Positions 28,747 to 38,947 of a stretch of 64,000 nt of DNA are shown in pieces. The notes under the pieces are model-generated. The model worked only from the letters and a program-made list of their open reading frames with translations. It did not search any database and was not told the DNA's origin. Where the stretch lies: positions 32,001 through 96,000 of the forward strand of contig JBMNIH010000011.1 of NCBI GenBank assembly GCA_050950825.1, written 5' to 3'. The position numbers and the translations under genes were made by a program. Positions within the stretch are counted from its first letter, which is position 1. Every line of letters starts with the position of its first letter. This stretch comes from Clostridia bacterium. Lineage in GTDB: Bacteria; Bacillota; Clostridia; JAAYHZ01.

Positions 28747-30591
28747 ATGAACGAATCGAAATCACCGAAGAAACCGTTAATATATTACTACATCATATCC
28801 TTGGTCGTATTGATGCTATTAAACTGGTCCATCATACCGGCATTGTTCAAAATGCCGGAGGCGGAAGTGGACTACGGCACGTTCTTGGACGAGCTTTATG
28901 CGGGTAACATTTCGGACGTAAGCGTAACCGACGAAGAAATCAGCTTCCTGCTAAAAGAATACGAGGGCAAGCAAATCCTGTATAAAACCGGGAACATGAA
29001 CGAGCCGGATTTGACGAACAAGCTGTATGAAGCCGGCGTAAACTTTTACAAGGTACTGCCGAAACGCCAATCCTACCTTGTCAGCCTGCTGCTGACTTGG
29101 GTTTTGCCCTTTCTTATTGTCTTTTTAATCGGCCAAGCCGTCTTCCGCACCCTGCAAAATAAAATGGGCGGCTACATGTCCTTAGGAAAGAGCAACGCCA
29201 AAATTTACGTGGAAGCCCAAACCGGGAAAACCTTCGCTGACGTAGCGGGGCAAGAAGAAGCCAAGGAAGCGCTAAAGGAGATTGTGGATTTTCTCCACAA
29301 CCCGGATAAATACAGGCAGCTAGGTGCGAAAATACCGAAAGGCGTTTTGTTGGTAGGACCTCCGGGTACCGGGAAAACCCTTCTTGCGAAGGCGGTAGCG
29401 GGAGAATCCAACGTTCCCTTCTTTTCCATTTCCGGCTCCGAATTCGTGGAAATGTTCGTCGGAATGGGAGCCGCCCGTGTACGAGATTTGTTTAAGCAAG
29501 CCCAAGAAAAAGCCCCTTGTATTGTATTCATTGACGAAATCGACACCATCGGAAAAAGCAGAAACGCAGGCGGTTTAGGCGGAAACGACGAACGGGAGCA
29601 AACCTTGAACCAGCTGCTCACCGAAATGGACGGATTCTCCTCGGACAAAGGGGTTATCATCTTGGCCGCTACAAACCGACCGGAAATTTTGGACAAAGCC
29701 TTATTAAGGCCGGGCCGCTTCGACCGAAGAGTGCCTTTAGAGCTTCCGGACCTGCAAGGCCGCGAAGCCATTTTAAAGCTTCATGCCCAAAAGGTGAAAG
29801 TGGACGGAAACGTGGACTTCAACTTGATCGCCCGAGCCACCTCCGGTGCATCGGGAGCGGATTTGGCCAACATCATAAACGAAGCCGCCTTACGAGCCGT
29901 ACGATTGGGGAAGCCCGCCGTGGACCAATCGGATTTGGAAGAGTCCGTGGAAACGGTTATTGCCGGCTACCAAAGAAAGAATGCGGTTATCAGTAAAAAA
30001 GACAAACTGATTATTGCCTACCACGAAGTAGGACACGCATTGGTAGCCGCCGTACAAGACCATACGGCACCGATACACAAAATCACCATCGTTCCGAGAA
30101 CCTCCGGGGCGTTAGGATACACGCTGCAGGTGGACGAAGGGGAGCAAATTTTAATGAGCAAGGAACAGGCTTTGAGCCGAATCACCACCTACATGGGAGG
30201 GCGAGCGGCGGAACAGTCGGTCTTTAACAGCATCACCACCGGCGCATCCAACGATATCGCCCAGGCCACCAAATTAGCTCGCGCCATGGTAACCCGATTC
30301 GGAATGAGCGAGGAGTTCGGAATGATGGCTTTAGAAACGGTAAACAACCCCTACTTAGGAGAAGAAACCACCCTTTTGGTGTCCTCCGAAACGGCTTCGA
30401 AAGTGGACCAAACCGTATTAAACATATTGAGGGAATGCTACCAAAGGGCTTTGGACATCATGGAAGAGTATAAAGGAAAGCTCCACGAATTGGCCAAAGA
30501 GCTTTTGGATAAGGAAACCCTATCCGGCGATGAATTTATGCGGATATTTAATGAACCGGGCAACAAATTGCTGCCGGATGCGTCGTCATAA
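28747..30591 (+). CDS. ftsH: ATP-dependent zinc metalloprotease FtsH
   Basis: 2 TM helices, GPPGTGKT, DEID, ALLRPGRFDR, HEVGH. Confidence 0.95.
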   Translation: MNESKSPKKPLIYYYIISLVVLMLLNWSIIPALFKMPEAEVDYGTFLDELYAGNISDVSVTDEEISFLLKEYEGKQILYKTGNMNEPDLTNKLYEAGVNFYKVLPKRQSYLVSLLLTWVLPFLIVFLIGQAVFRTLQNKMGGYMSLGKSNAKIYVEAQTGKTFADVAGQEEAKEALKEIVDFLHNPDKYRQLGAKIPKGVLLVGPPGTGKTLLAKAVAGESNVPFFSISGSEFVEMFVGMGAARVRDLFKQAQEKAPCIVFIDEIDTIGKSRNAGGLGGNDEREQTLNQLLTEMDGFSSDKGVIILAATNRPEILDKALLRPGRFDRRVPLELPDLQGREAILKLHAQKVKVDGNVDFNLIARATSGASGADLANIINEAALRAVRLGKPAVDQSDLEESVETVIAGYQRKNAVISKKDKLIIAYHEVGHALVAAVQDHTAPIHKITIVPRTSGALGYTLQVDEGEQILMSKEQALSRITTYMGGRAAEQSVFNSITTGASNDIAQATKLARAMVTRFGMSEEFGMMALETVNNPYLGEETTLLVSSETASKVDQTVLNILRECYQRALDIMEEYKGKLHELAKELLDKETLSGDEFMRIFNEPGNKLLPDASS

Positions 30592-30616
30592 AACAAGATA
30601 ACAAACGGGAAATTTT

Positions 30617-30648
30617 AAAGGCCGGAAAACAAGCTTCCGGCCTTTTTT
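30617..30648. terminator. Bidirectional terminator
   Basis: AAAGGCCGGAA/TTCCGGCCTTT with T run, between convergent genes. Confidence 0.85.
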
Positions 30649-30652
30649 CATC

Positions 30653-32596
30653 CTACTTTAAGCCCTTGAAGGACCTTATGGTGCTGTTGAAGTCCGGCAA
30701 GGTGTAGGAAGGAAACTCCAAGCTGTTGTAGTATTTTTCAACGATGCTTCCTAACCCCGCTTCGTACAATTCCGCCATATAGGTATCCCATGCGGCATTG
30801 AAGTCTTTTATTTCGTAATTCCAAACCCGCTTTTCAAACGCTCGTACCTTTTCTTCGACGGCTTCTTTTACCGCATCGTAGTCCGCAAGATATTTTTCGT
30901 ACAAGGCTCCCATCTGTCGGGGATTTATAATTTTATAGGGCTCGACGGTATACTTTTTCGTCCACTTGCTTTTGTATATAAAGAACAGAAGATCTCTTTT
31001 TCCGGGGTATTCGAAATAGTCTTCGACACCGAAATAATTCCCGAGCCAAAACCCTCCCATTTTATAACGATTCGGCACCTTGTCTTCGGGAACGGTGATT
31101 TTGGGGCTTTTAAACGGCACATCGGACCAAACGTAATGAATCCCTTCGATACCCGAGGAAAGAGTGTAGGAAAATTCGGAATAAGGATCCGAAAAACAAT
31201 CGTTCCAGATGGTAAATATACGGATCAATTTTTCATCGGAAACCTCGCTTCCGAAGGTAAAGACCTTTCCCTTCTCCTCGCTCATGGCCTCTAACGTAAG
31301 TCTTTTGGTTCCGAATTCTCTTTCGGGACCCTTTATGGCCGGAAAGATGACATATACGGCCGTATCATCGGAACCCTTCCAAGGCGCAAAAGCGTTTTCT
31401 TCATCCGCAGGCGAAAGAATGGAAGATAAACCGATACTCATAATTCCGACTTTTCCGCCCGCCCAAAGGGATTGAAGCGCTCTTTCGTCTGCCGGAGTCG
31501 GTCCCGTCTTTACATACCCTAGCTTTCGCATGTCCGTCATCCAACGCATGTACTCTTTGTAGGAGGAGTGGGCGAAATAGGGTACAACATCCCCCGTGAC
31601 AAAGTCCCTGTACAAGAATTGGTCGTCGGAAGCAATGATGCCGAATTGTCCCGTGAAAAGATCCGCATAAAGATTTCTTTCGTTAAAAGGCCAAACATAG
31701 GCGGCAATCGTGTCGTTTATTCCGTTTAAATCCGGATCTTCCACGGCAAAGGCCTTAAAAATTTCATTCCATTCGATGTATTCGGGATATGCGTTGGTTA
31801 TATATAGCCTCGCGGTACCTTCCGTCTCGGGCTCGTTCGTGAGGATAAGGGGGGTTAAAAACTCTTCGGAGATTCCGTGCCCCGTGTTCTCCAGCCAATC
31901 CAATCGTACCAAGGGGACCCTCGAGGGCAACAAATAGGAATTGTCAATAACGGACAAGCCGTAATATGCCTCGGAGTTCCCTACCCGATTGTAAAGCGGA
32001 CCCCAAGGACTGTTTTGGTACATTTTGTCATAGTAAAAGGGAAAATGCTCGCTGATGATACTCAAAGGTACGGTACGGATGTATCCTTCGTCATGGAGCT
32101 CCTTCGGGGTCAAGGGACATCCCGGCAGCAAGCCTACGTCCGGGTACTCTCCCGCCGCCAGCATTTTGGTAAGGCCGATTTCATCGTTGTTGTTGATGTT
32201 CCACACCTTTAAATCCACGTTGTACTTTTCTTCAATGAGAAGTTCGTCCCAAGCTCCTTCGAAATAGCGGGCGCCTAATCCGGTCAGCAAACGAATTTCA
32301 AAAAACTCAGGGTACGGATGCTCTTCCTCTTCTTCTTGTTCTTCCTCCGTTGCTTCCTCTTCCTCCTCTTCGAAGGGCTCTTCTTGCGTTTCACCGTCGA
32401 TTCCGGACTCTTCCGGAACGTCACCGTAATTCTCGGTGTTTTCCGTTTCCGTCGATTCCGTCGCGGATTCCTCCTCCGAGGTTTGGGCGATTGTTTCGCT
32501 TCCTTTAGGGCCACAGGAGCACAAGAAAAACATAAGAAGGATCATGGCCAAAATCACGGTAAATATTTCGCCGTATTTCTTCAACATGAACGTCAT
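30653..32596 (-). CDS. Lipoprotein sugar ABC solute-binding protein (LplA-like)
   Basis: Lipobox LCSC, acidic linker, MLAAGEYPD, VRLDWLE, DPDLNGIND, GIEGIHY. Confidence 0.75.
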   Translation of the reverse strand: MTFMLKKYGEIFTVILAMILLMFFLCSCGPKGSETIAQTSEEESATESTETENTENYGDVPEESGIDGETQEEPFEEEEEEATEEEQEEEEEHPYPEFFEIRLLTGLGARYFEGAWDELLIEEKYNVDLKVWNINNNDEIGLTKMLAAGEYPDVGLLPGCPLTPKELHDEGYIRTVPLSIISEHFPFYYDKMYQNSPWGPLYNRVGNSEAYYGLSVIDNSYLLPSRVPLVRLDWLENTGHGISEEFLTPLILTNEPETEGTARLYITNAYPEYIEWNEIFKAFAVEDPDLNGINDTIAAYVWPFNERNLYADLFTGQFGIIASDDQFLYRDFVTGDVVPYFAHSSYKEYMRWMTDMRKLGYVKTGPTPADERALQSLWAGGKVGIMSIGLSSILSPADEENAFAPWKGSDDTAVYVIFPAIKGPEREFGTKRLTLEAMSEEKGKVFTFGSEVSDEKLIRIFTIWNDCFSDPYSEFSYTLSSGIEGIHYVWSDVPFKSPKITVPEDKVPNRYKMGGFWLGNYFGVEDYFEYPGKRDLLFFIYKSKWTKKYTVEPYKIINPRQMGALYEKYLADYDAVKEAVEEKVRAFEKRVWNYEIKDFNAAWDTYMAELYEAGLGSIVEKYYNSLEFPSYTLPDFNSTIRSFKGLK

Positions 32597-32626
32597 CCCT
32601 CCTTGCTTTGTTTCTTTTCCTGCCGA

Positions 32627-35600
32627 TTACATAGGCTCATAGGTCTTAGAATTTGCATATACGGGTTTCGCATTCCTTGCTTTCGGAATCATGACCGTAA
32701 TCGTCAAAGGTTCCGACCGTAGAACCTCGTTGTTTCTTCTCAGCTTCACATAGATTTCGGTTTTGCCGTTTCGTAAAGCCGTAATCATTCCGTTTTCGAT
32801 GACGACGGCGGAAGGATTACGACTTATAATCTCAATATGTCCGTCCGTTTCGGTAAAGGGCGCTCCGGTTTCGTAGAAGGCATTCAAATATATGGGCGTC
32901 TTTTGCGATACCAACAGCCGCTTATCGAAAACCTTCGCCTCCGGCTCCCCTACTTTATATATATTCTCATTCTCCAAGGGAATTGTAAACTCCTGCCCTT
33001 CTTCCATGTAATATATATAGCCTTTGGAAAAGTCATTGACATCCGCCAAGCGTTCCACCGTCGTCACGTCTCCGATATCCAATTGGACATAGGCTCCTTT
33101 TCTTACGGCACCGTAGATTTTGTAGACGGCGTTGGTCGGCCTCGTGTTTTTAATCCGGATATATCGTCCCGTAAGCTCGGCAAGGTCCACATTTTGGTCA
33201 AAGGCCACGGTAATTCGGTTCTCTACGGAGATCTCCCTTGTAAAGTCCATAATTTTCCCGGTATACCGTACGGGCTTTTCTTCTCCGAAGCCCTTGAAGG
33301 ACCCTTCATGGGTGTAGGTATAAAAGGGAATGCCGTCTCTTTCGGAGTACACCCCGAAGAAGCCTTTAAAGGTGATTTTGCCGTCCACCGTAATTTCCAA
33401 ATCCGGGTTCGTGCAGTAGACGATGTAATCGATTCGTCCGTCCGGAAAGACCGTTTTCACGCATGCGGCGTCATTTCCTTCGTATACCTTTCCGTTTACA
33501 ACAATCTCCGCTCTTTCGATTTTTTCAACGTTTCTTTCCCCCTTGTAGGGCTCGATAACGGAAACAAACAAGCTGTCCAAATCGTTTCCGCTCCTTCTTG
33601 CGATCAAGTATTCCAATTCCTTCGGGTTACCCGGCTTGTTTCTCGGAGGTATCCCGGTTGCAACGGTTGCATCGTCGACTTTCGACAGCATGGTCAAGCG
33701 GATATGGATATCGGTTTTCTTTCCCTTCCCCAAGGCATTCCATGTGTCCTTAACATGCCAATCCACGCTGAAAACGTCTTCGGGCTCTTCGTCCTTTCTT
33801 ACGTTGATCAGCCAGTGAAATCCGCTGTTTGTCGTATCCTGCGGCGGCCGGATGCCGAATTCCGTGTTCTCTCCTCCATAGGTTCCGATATATTTTCCGG
33901 CAAAATCCGTCTGAGGCGTTAAATTCAAGCCTTCCGTTTCCACGGTCCCTTCGGCGCCGTGGAAGCTGTAATGATGCTCGGATCCTCCTTTTACTCGGAA
34001 AAAGTCCGCCACATAAAAATCCTCGTCGTTAAGCTTGATCATGGCAACGGTGCGGCGGTAATCAACGCCTTTGGTGCCGTAAGCATAGGGAGCGTCCACG
34101 TCGGTCAGCTTTACATAGGCACCGTCCCCGAAATGTAGGGGTACCTCCGTCTTGTTTTTTCGATCTTGGATCGTGCGATCCACCGTTACCGTGTTGTGGC
34201 TTATGGTGTTGCTGACCCATTCCATTCGGTGAGGAGAATTGTCCGCGTATTCCGGATAGCCTAATTCCGGAGTCAAATCCAAGCCGAAGGCATTGATCCC
34301 GATATTCAAGGTATCCGCATGACCGTGGCCGCTCGTTACGCCGTAGTACATCCATAACGCTTTTTGGGTGTCTCCCAAATCGGCGATATCCTTCATGGTC
34401 TGCATATCCGGATCGTAAAGAACCAGCTTGTTTACGGCCATATTCAAGCCTTTGGCTTCGGGGTTTTGGCCCGTACAAACAAATTCTATGGTATGAGTGC
34501 CCTTCTCCAGGAAAAGCTCTTCCAAGTCTTTCGTTTCGGTTCCGTTCCCGTAAAAGTCGATACGGTCGATTTTCTTCCCGTCTAAATATACGTTGTAAAT
34601 GCCGGAAAAACCCGTCCTTTGGAATATCAGCTCTAACAAATACGTACCGGATTCAAGCACGGTAAAGTCGAAGCTTATGGAGTCATTTATCTCTTTTGCT
34701 TCAAATTCCACCCTTTTGCCCATGAAATCTCGGGCTTCTCTCGTTGCGGTATAGCTTAATTTCGGGAAAAGATACGGAATTCCGATTTCGTAGGTGATGT
34801 TGTATCCGTCCCTTAACACCGACAAGCCGTATCCGGTTAAATTGTCGCTCGTTAAATGCAAAGGCCCGATTTCCTCAATGACCTTTCGGATATCCTCCGC
34901 CACTTGGTCCGGATTTTCGGAAAAGATATTGCCGTGGATTCCTTCCGTGGAATTGTTGTTCAAAAAATAGATGACCTGAGCCAAAAGCGGGTCCTTGTAC
35001 CTTTCGTAAGCCAATACGGTTTGGTCCAAATTGATGTATTTCGTAGGATTTCCCGTGGACCCGGAATCCCCGATAAGAGCGCTGTAGCGGTCCGTCAGCA
35101 TCAAGGGAATCATGGCAAAAAACATCTTTCGGAATTTGGGGTTTTCGTACAGGTCCGCAGCGGGATACAATTCGTAGCCGTCCAAGACATTGGCAACGTC
35201 GATGTATTGGCCGAGCCACAGCATATTGTAGCCGGGCGCCGATTCGTTGCCGTGCCCGTCCCGATTCACGTCGTTAACAAAGGTGGCAAGAATATTGCCT
35301 CCCGTGAGCACGTCCCCCGTATAGGAGCCGGACTTGAAATTAAAATCCAGCCATTCTTTGGTCTCCGGCAGGGAATCCAACACCACCGCCGCCGTAGCCA
35401 GGGTGCTTTGGTGCATGCCGTTGTTCCCGAGGATTTGTCCGTTTTTCACGGCGGGATAAATTTGCCGTACAATACCGTCTTCGATGTTTCTTCGAATTCC
35501 CGCTCCGTTTTTGGTACCCAAATTGTACTGCTGCGCTTTTTCGGAAAGAAAACCGACGATTTCCGGATCGTCAAGCACCGGGAAAAACGCATCGTACGCC

Positions 35601-37885
35601 GTCAAAAAGATCTCCGCCAATCCGGTTTCCCAAATGCTGCCGATGATCTTGCCTTTTCCGGTATGGCCGTGGCTGTTTAAAAACCCGTCGCTGACCTTAT
35701 ACGGCCAAATATCCATCTCGGGGTAAACGTCGGCAACCCGGTCCAGCAAAATCGCTCCGGCTCTTGCGTATTTTAAATCCCCGGAATAGATATAGGCGTC
35801 TCTTAGGCTGCTTAGGGCTTGGGATACCACCCCTCCGTGCCATATATGCCAGTGGTTGTAATAGGCTACAAAGGTGTAGCGGTTTCCGTTTTCGTCGATG
35901 TACCCGTATCCGTCGTCCACTCCCCATTTTTCTCCTTTTTCCGGGTACAAGGTATTGACCAAGAGGCTTTTGTCCGCCAAATCCGGATTAAACTTACGGT
36001 TTTCATCCAAGCCGCTTTTGTAGTAGGCGGCAAAGTCGTTGGTGGGAAAGCGCATCTTGCAGTTGGGACACTCCAATTTCCAGGGAGCGGTAAAGTGATT
36101 GGCATTGTAGGGGTAGTTGCCGTATTTATCAATGGCATTGCCGCAGTTTAAACAACCTAGGGTTTGGTTGACGGCATAGCTTCGAGGAATGCTTTGATCC
36201 GTAACAAAGCTCCATAAGGCCTCATAGCCTAAGTTCACGTAATAGCTTGCGGAGTTTAAGGTCGAATTTTTAATGTCCTTTGCCCATTGGTATTTTTCCA
36301 CGTTCCTTCTTGCGTTTGCTACCTTTTCTTCCGTATAGATCGTGCTTTTTCTTTTGGAATATGAAAGCTCTTCGGAGGTGACGGTGACGGTTTTGCGAAA
36401 GACCTTTTCTCCCAAAGCACAAGTTATCGTAATCGACGCTTCCCCGACCCCGGTTGCTTCGTAATAGGGAACACCGTCTTTTAGGGATACCGATAGGACG
36501 TCGGGATCGGAGCTTTTTAACTCCATACGGGAAAACACGGAAGAGTCCGTTTTTTGACCGTTGGAAAGAAGAGCGTAGACGAAAAAGCTGCCCGAATCAC
36601 CCTTAAAGACCGAATCCTTTCCGAATGCCGTTTCCGTATCAATTAAAGAAAGAACGGTAACGGAAGCGGAAGCCTTCAATTGCTTACCGTCTTTTATATA
36701 CTCCGCCGTAAGAAGGGCTACGCCTTCGCCCGTCCCCGTTGCATAGAGGCTGCCGTCCCTTTCTTCCGTGCGAAGGACGGAAGAATCGCCGCTTTTTACG
36801 ACCGCTTCATTCGTAAGGTCCTCCTCGGACCCGTCGGTAAATTTTCCCGTAACCTTCACCTTCGTGCTTTCGCCGGGGACGATTTCGGGTTTATCGATCC
36901 GAAATTCGATTTCATAAAGAACGGGGTCCTCGGATACAAAAAGCTCCTCCGAGGCGGTCAATTCCTTCCCGTCATAGACGGCCTTCAATGTTATGACGCA
37001 AGAGCCTTCTTTAAGCCCTTCCGCAAAATACGCGCCCTCTTCTTCAACGATCCTCACCGTTTCGGGATCGCCACTTTCCACGGACAAGAAGGATGCGAAG
37101 GACAAAACGGCTTCGGTTTGGTCGTTCAGATAAACAACCGGGAAAAGGTTTACTTTCTCTCCCGGGGAAAAGCCTCTTTTTTCCGCTCGGATTGCCGCAT
37201 CGACAGGCTCCGGCAAAGGAATGCTTACGGGAGGGTCCGCCAAAAATGCGGTAGTGTAGAAGGTCCAATCGGAAAGCTCTTTGTTAAAGTCCTCCGTCAC
37301 AAGGATTCGATCCTTGGTAAAGACCCGAATATTGTCGATATATCCCATGCCGTTATGGCTTGCGGTGCTTAAATCCCCGATATAACCTAAAGCGGTCATT
37401 CTCCCGGTACCGATTTGGGGATAATCGTACAAACCGCCGATTTTCGCCCGGCGGCCGTTAATGTATAAAGAAACGGTGTTATCTTCCTTTACATGAATTA
37501 AAATATTGTGCCACACGTCAGGCTCGATGCGAATGTCCGCCTCGTCTCGTCTGCTTCCTACGGCGGCGAAAAGCTTGTCGCCGGTTTGGTACAGCATCAA
37601 ATCGTCGTACTCTTCTCCGTCGTAAGAACCCCACACGACAAAATCCGCTAAATAGTCTTCCTTCGGATATCGGTAGTGGAAGTTGATAAAGTACTCGTCG
37701 GAAGGAGGAGAGTCTATGGGTTTTCGTATAAAGCCCTTCGTCGATTCCAAGGTGCCGCACTGCATGGCATTTCCTTCCGCCGATTTATCCGCGGATACGG
37801 CTGTAAGGTTAAATGAGGTCGGAAGCAAAAGCGATAAAGCAAGGACCGCCGACAAGTACCTTACGGTTTTCTTATGTATATACAT
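32627..37885 (-). CDS. Secreted multidomain heparinase II/III-like polysaccharide lyase
   Basis: Signal peptide, LamG-like domain, Ig repeats, CxxC pairs, helical domain with NNGMH and ESAPGY, HGHADTL..LGYP..TISHNTVTVD. Confidence 0.8.
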   Translation of the reverse strand: MYIHKKTVRYLSAVLALSLLLPTSFNLTAVSADKSAEGNAMQCGTLESTKGFIRKPIDSPPSDEYFINFHYRYPKEDYLADFVVWGSYDGEEYDDLMLYQTGDKLFAAVGSRRDEADIRIEPDVWHNILIHVKEDNTVSLYINGRRAKIGGLYDYPQIGTGRMTALGYIGDLSTASHNGMGYIDNIRVFTKDRILVTEDFNKELSDWTFYTTAFLADPPVSIPLPEPVDAAIRAEKRGFSPGEKVNLFPVVYLNDQTEAVLSFASFLSVESGDPETVRIVEEEGAYFAEGLKEGSCVITLKAVYDGKELTASEELFVSEDPVLYEIEFRIDKPEIVPGESTKVKVTGKFTDGSEEDLTNEAVVKSGDSSVLRTEERDGSLYATGTGEGVALLTAEYIKDGKQLKASASVTVLSLIDTETAFGKDSVFKGDSGSFFVYALLSNGQKTDSSVFSRMELKSSDPDVLSVSLKDGVPYYEATGVGEASITITCALGEKVFRKTVTVTSEELSYSKRKSTIYTEEKVANARRNVEKYQWAKDIKNSTLNSASYYVNLGYEALWSFVTDQSIPRSYAVNQTLGCLNCGNAIDKYGNYPYNANHFTAPWKLECPNCKMRFPTNDFAAYYKSGLDENRKFNPDLADKSLLVNTLYPEKGEKWGVDDGYGYIDENGNRYTFVAYYNHWHIWHGGVVSQALSSLRDAYIYSGDLKYARAGAILLDRVADVYPEMDIWPYKVSDGFLNSHGHTGKGKIIGSIWETGLAEIFLTAYDAFFPVLDDPEIVGFLSEKAQQYNLGTKNGAGIRRNIEDGIVRQIYPAVKNGQILGNNGMHQSTLATAAVVLDSLPETKEWLDFNFKSGSYTGDVLTGGNILATFVNDVNRDGHGNESAPGYNMLWLGQYIDVANVLDGYELYPAADLYENPKFRKMFFAMIPLMLTDRYSALIGDSGSTGNPTKYINLDQTVLAYERYKDPLLAQVIYFLNNNSTEGIHGNIFSENPDQVAEDIRKVIEEIGPLHLTSDNLTGYGLSVLRDGYNITYEIGIPYLFPKLSYTATREARDFMGKRVEFEAKEINDSISFDFTVLESGTYLLELIFQRTGFSGIYNVYLDGKKIDRIDFYGNGTETKDLEELFLEKGTHTIEFVCTGQNPEAKGLNMAVNKLVLYDPDMQTMKDIADLGDTQKALWMYYGVTSGHGHADTLNIGINAFGLDLTPELGYPEYADNSPHRMEWVSNTISHNTVTVDRTIQDRKNKTEVPLHFGDGAYVKLTDVDAPYAYGTKGVDYRRTVAMIKLNDEDFYVADFFRVKGGSEHHYSFHGAEGTVETEGLNLTPQTDFAGKYIGTYGGENTEFGIRPPQDTTNSGFHWLINVRKDEEPEDVFSVDWHVKDTWNALGKGKKTDIHIRLTMLSKVDDATVATGIPPRNKPGNPKELEYLIARRSGNDLDSLFVSVIEPYKGERNVEKIERAEIVVNGKVYEGNDAACVKTVFPDGRIDYIVYCTNPDLEITVDGKITFKGFFGVYSERDGIPFYTYTHEGSFKGFGEEKPVRYTGKIMDFTREISVENRITVAFDQNVDLAELTGRYIRIKNTRPTNAVYKIYGAVRKGAYVQLDIGDVTTVERLADVNDFSKGYIYYMEEGQEFTIPLENENIYKVGEPEAKVFDKRLLVSQKTPIYLNAFYETGAPFTETDGHIEIISRNPSAVVIENGMITALRNGKTEIYVKLRRNNEVLRSEPLTITVMIPKARNAKPVYANSKTYEPM

Positions 37886-37951
37886 GATGTCTTACCTCCC
37901 GGAAATGTTACCGTACCCTTCTATTATACAACAAAACGAGTATGTAAGGAC

Positions 37952-38001
37952 AAAAAAAGAGAAGGGGTTCCCAAAGTGCGGGTCCAAAACCCCTTCCCTC
38001 G
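37952..38001 (-). terminator. Terminator after the PIG-L gene
   Basis: GAGGGAAGGGGTT..AACCCCTTCTC followed by TTTTTTT on the minus strand. Confidence 0.75.
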
Positions 38002-38015
38002 GAGGCTTTCACGCT

Positions 38016-38924
38016 TTATAAATCCACATAAGGCGCTACCATGTAGCCCCGTCTTTCCAACTGCTCTTTTTCCGTTTCATTGGCCCACTTTTGCATCCTT
38101 TCGGGCAACGGCAGGTAATAGACCGGCTCCGGCCGGTAGCGGATAAAGGGTTCCGCATATCCGGTATTCATCCGGTTTCCGTTGGTGCCAAAGGAGGTCT
38201 CCACGGACTTTTTGGCATAATTTCCGTTGTACTGTTGGCTTGCCATGCAGTGCCTTGCTCGGGTGATTTCCTCGGCTACGTCCGATACGTCCACAAACAA
38301 ATCGCAGTAGCAGGGGATATCCGCATCCAAGGCCGTCGCCTTGAAGTTGTAATTGTCCGGAAACGTAAACAACAGCTGCGGCGTACGGAAGGCCGGATTC
38401 GGGTCCTCAAAATCCACGCTTCCTGCAAAATTCATGGCATGAACCACCATGGCCCCTACTTGGGGATGCTGCCCGATTCCTCCGTTGATTTTCGGGTAAT
38501 GGGTGATCAAAATATCCGGACGTACTTCCCTTATCAAGCGGGCGATTCTCAATATATTCGGCTCGTTCACCAAATTAATCTTGTCCTCTATGTTCAAAAA
38601 CCGTACGTCTTCGATGCCCAATATCTTGCAAGCCTTTACGACCTCCCGGTATTTTATGGCCACCCGTTCGTCTACGATGACCTTTTCCTCATCCTTGCTC
38701 TGCCCGCCTCCCGTAAAGCGCAGCATGTCCGATACCACCGCGTCGTGAATGCGGACGCCTTGCAATACGGCGGCCACCGTTACCTTATCTCCTCTTCTTG
38801 CGTGATGGCACAAGGTCCCTCCGCAGTGGTCAAAGGTGTCGGCAGGATGGGCCATGATGACCAATATTTGTAACGGACCTTTTGCATACCCTTCCATCTT
38901 GTCCGAAAAATCCATGGGTTTCAC
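38016..38924 (-). CDS. PIG-L/LmbE-family protein, HPAD variant
   Basis: ILVIMAHPAD..GGT, IREVRPDILITH, FVDVSD, H.SQ-like MASQ, AEPF. Confidence 0.82.
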   Translation of the reverse strand: MKPMDFSDKMEGYAKGPLQILVIMAHPADTFDHCGGTLCHHARRGDKVTVAAVLQGVRIHDAVVSDMLRFTGGGQSKDEEKVIVDERVAIKYREVVKACKILGIEDVRFLNIEDKINLVNEPNILRIARLIREVRPDILITHYPKINGGIGQHPQVGAMVVHAMNFAGSVDFEDPNPAFRTPQLLFTFPDNYNFKATALDADIPCYCDLFVDVSDVAEEITRARHCMASQQYNGNYAKKSVETSFGTNGNRMNTGYAEPFIRYRPEPVYYLPLPERMQKWANETEKEQLERRGYMVAPYVDL

Positions 38925-38947
38925 CTGTACCTTTCCTTATGTATTTT

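Noticed and set aside
17940-32470. GAA-rich repeats at about 17940-18010 and 32320-32470
   Set aside because: They encode ordinary acidic lipoprotein linkers
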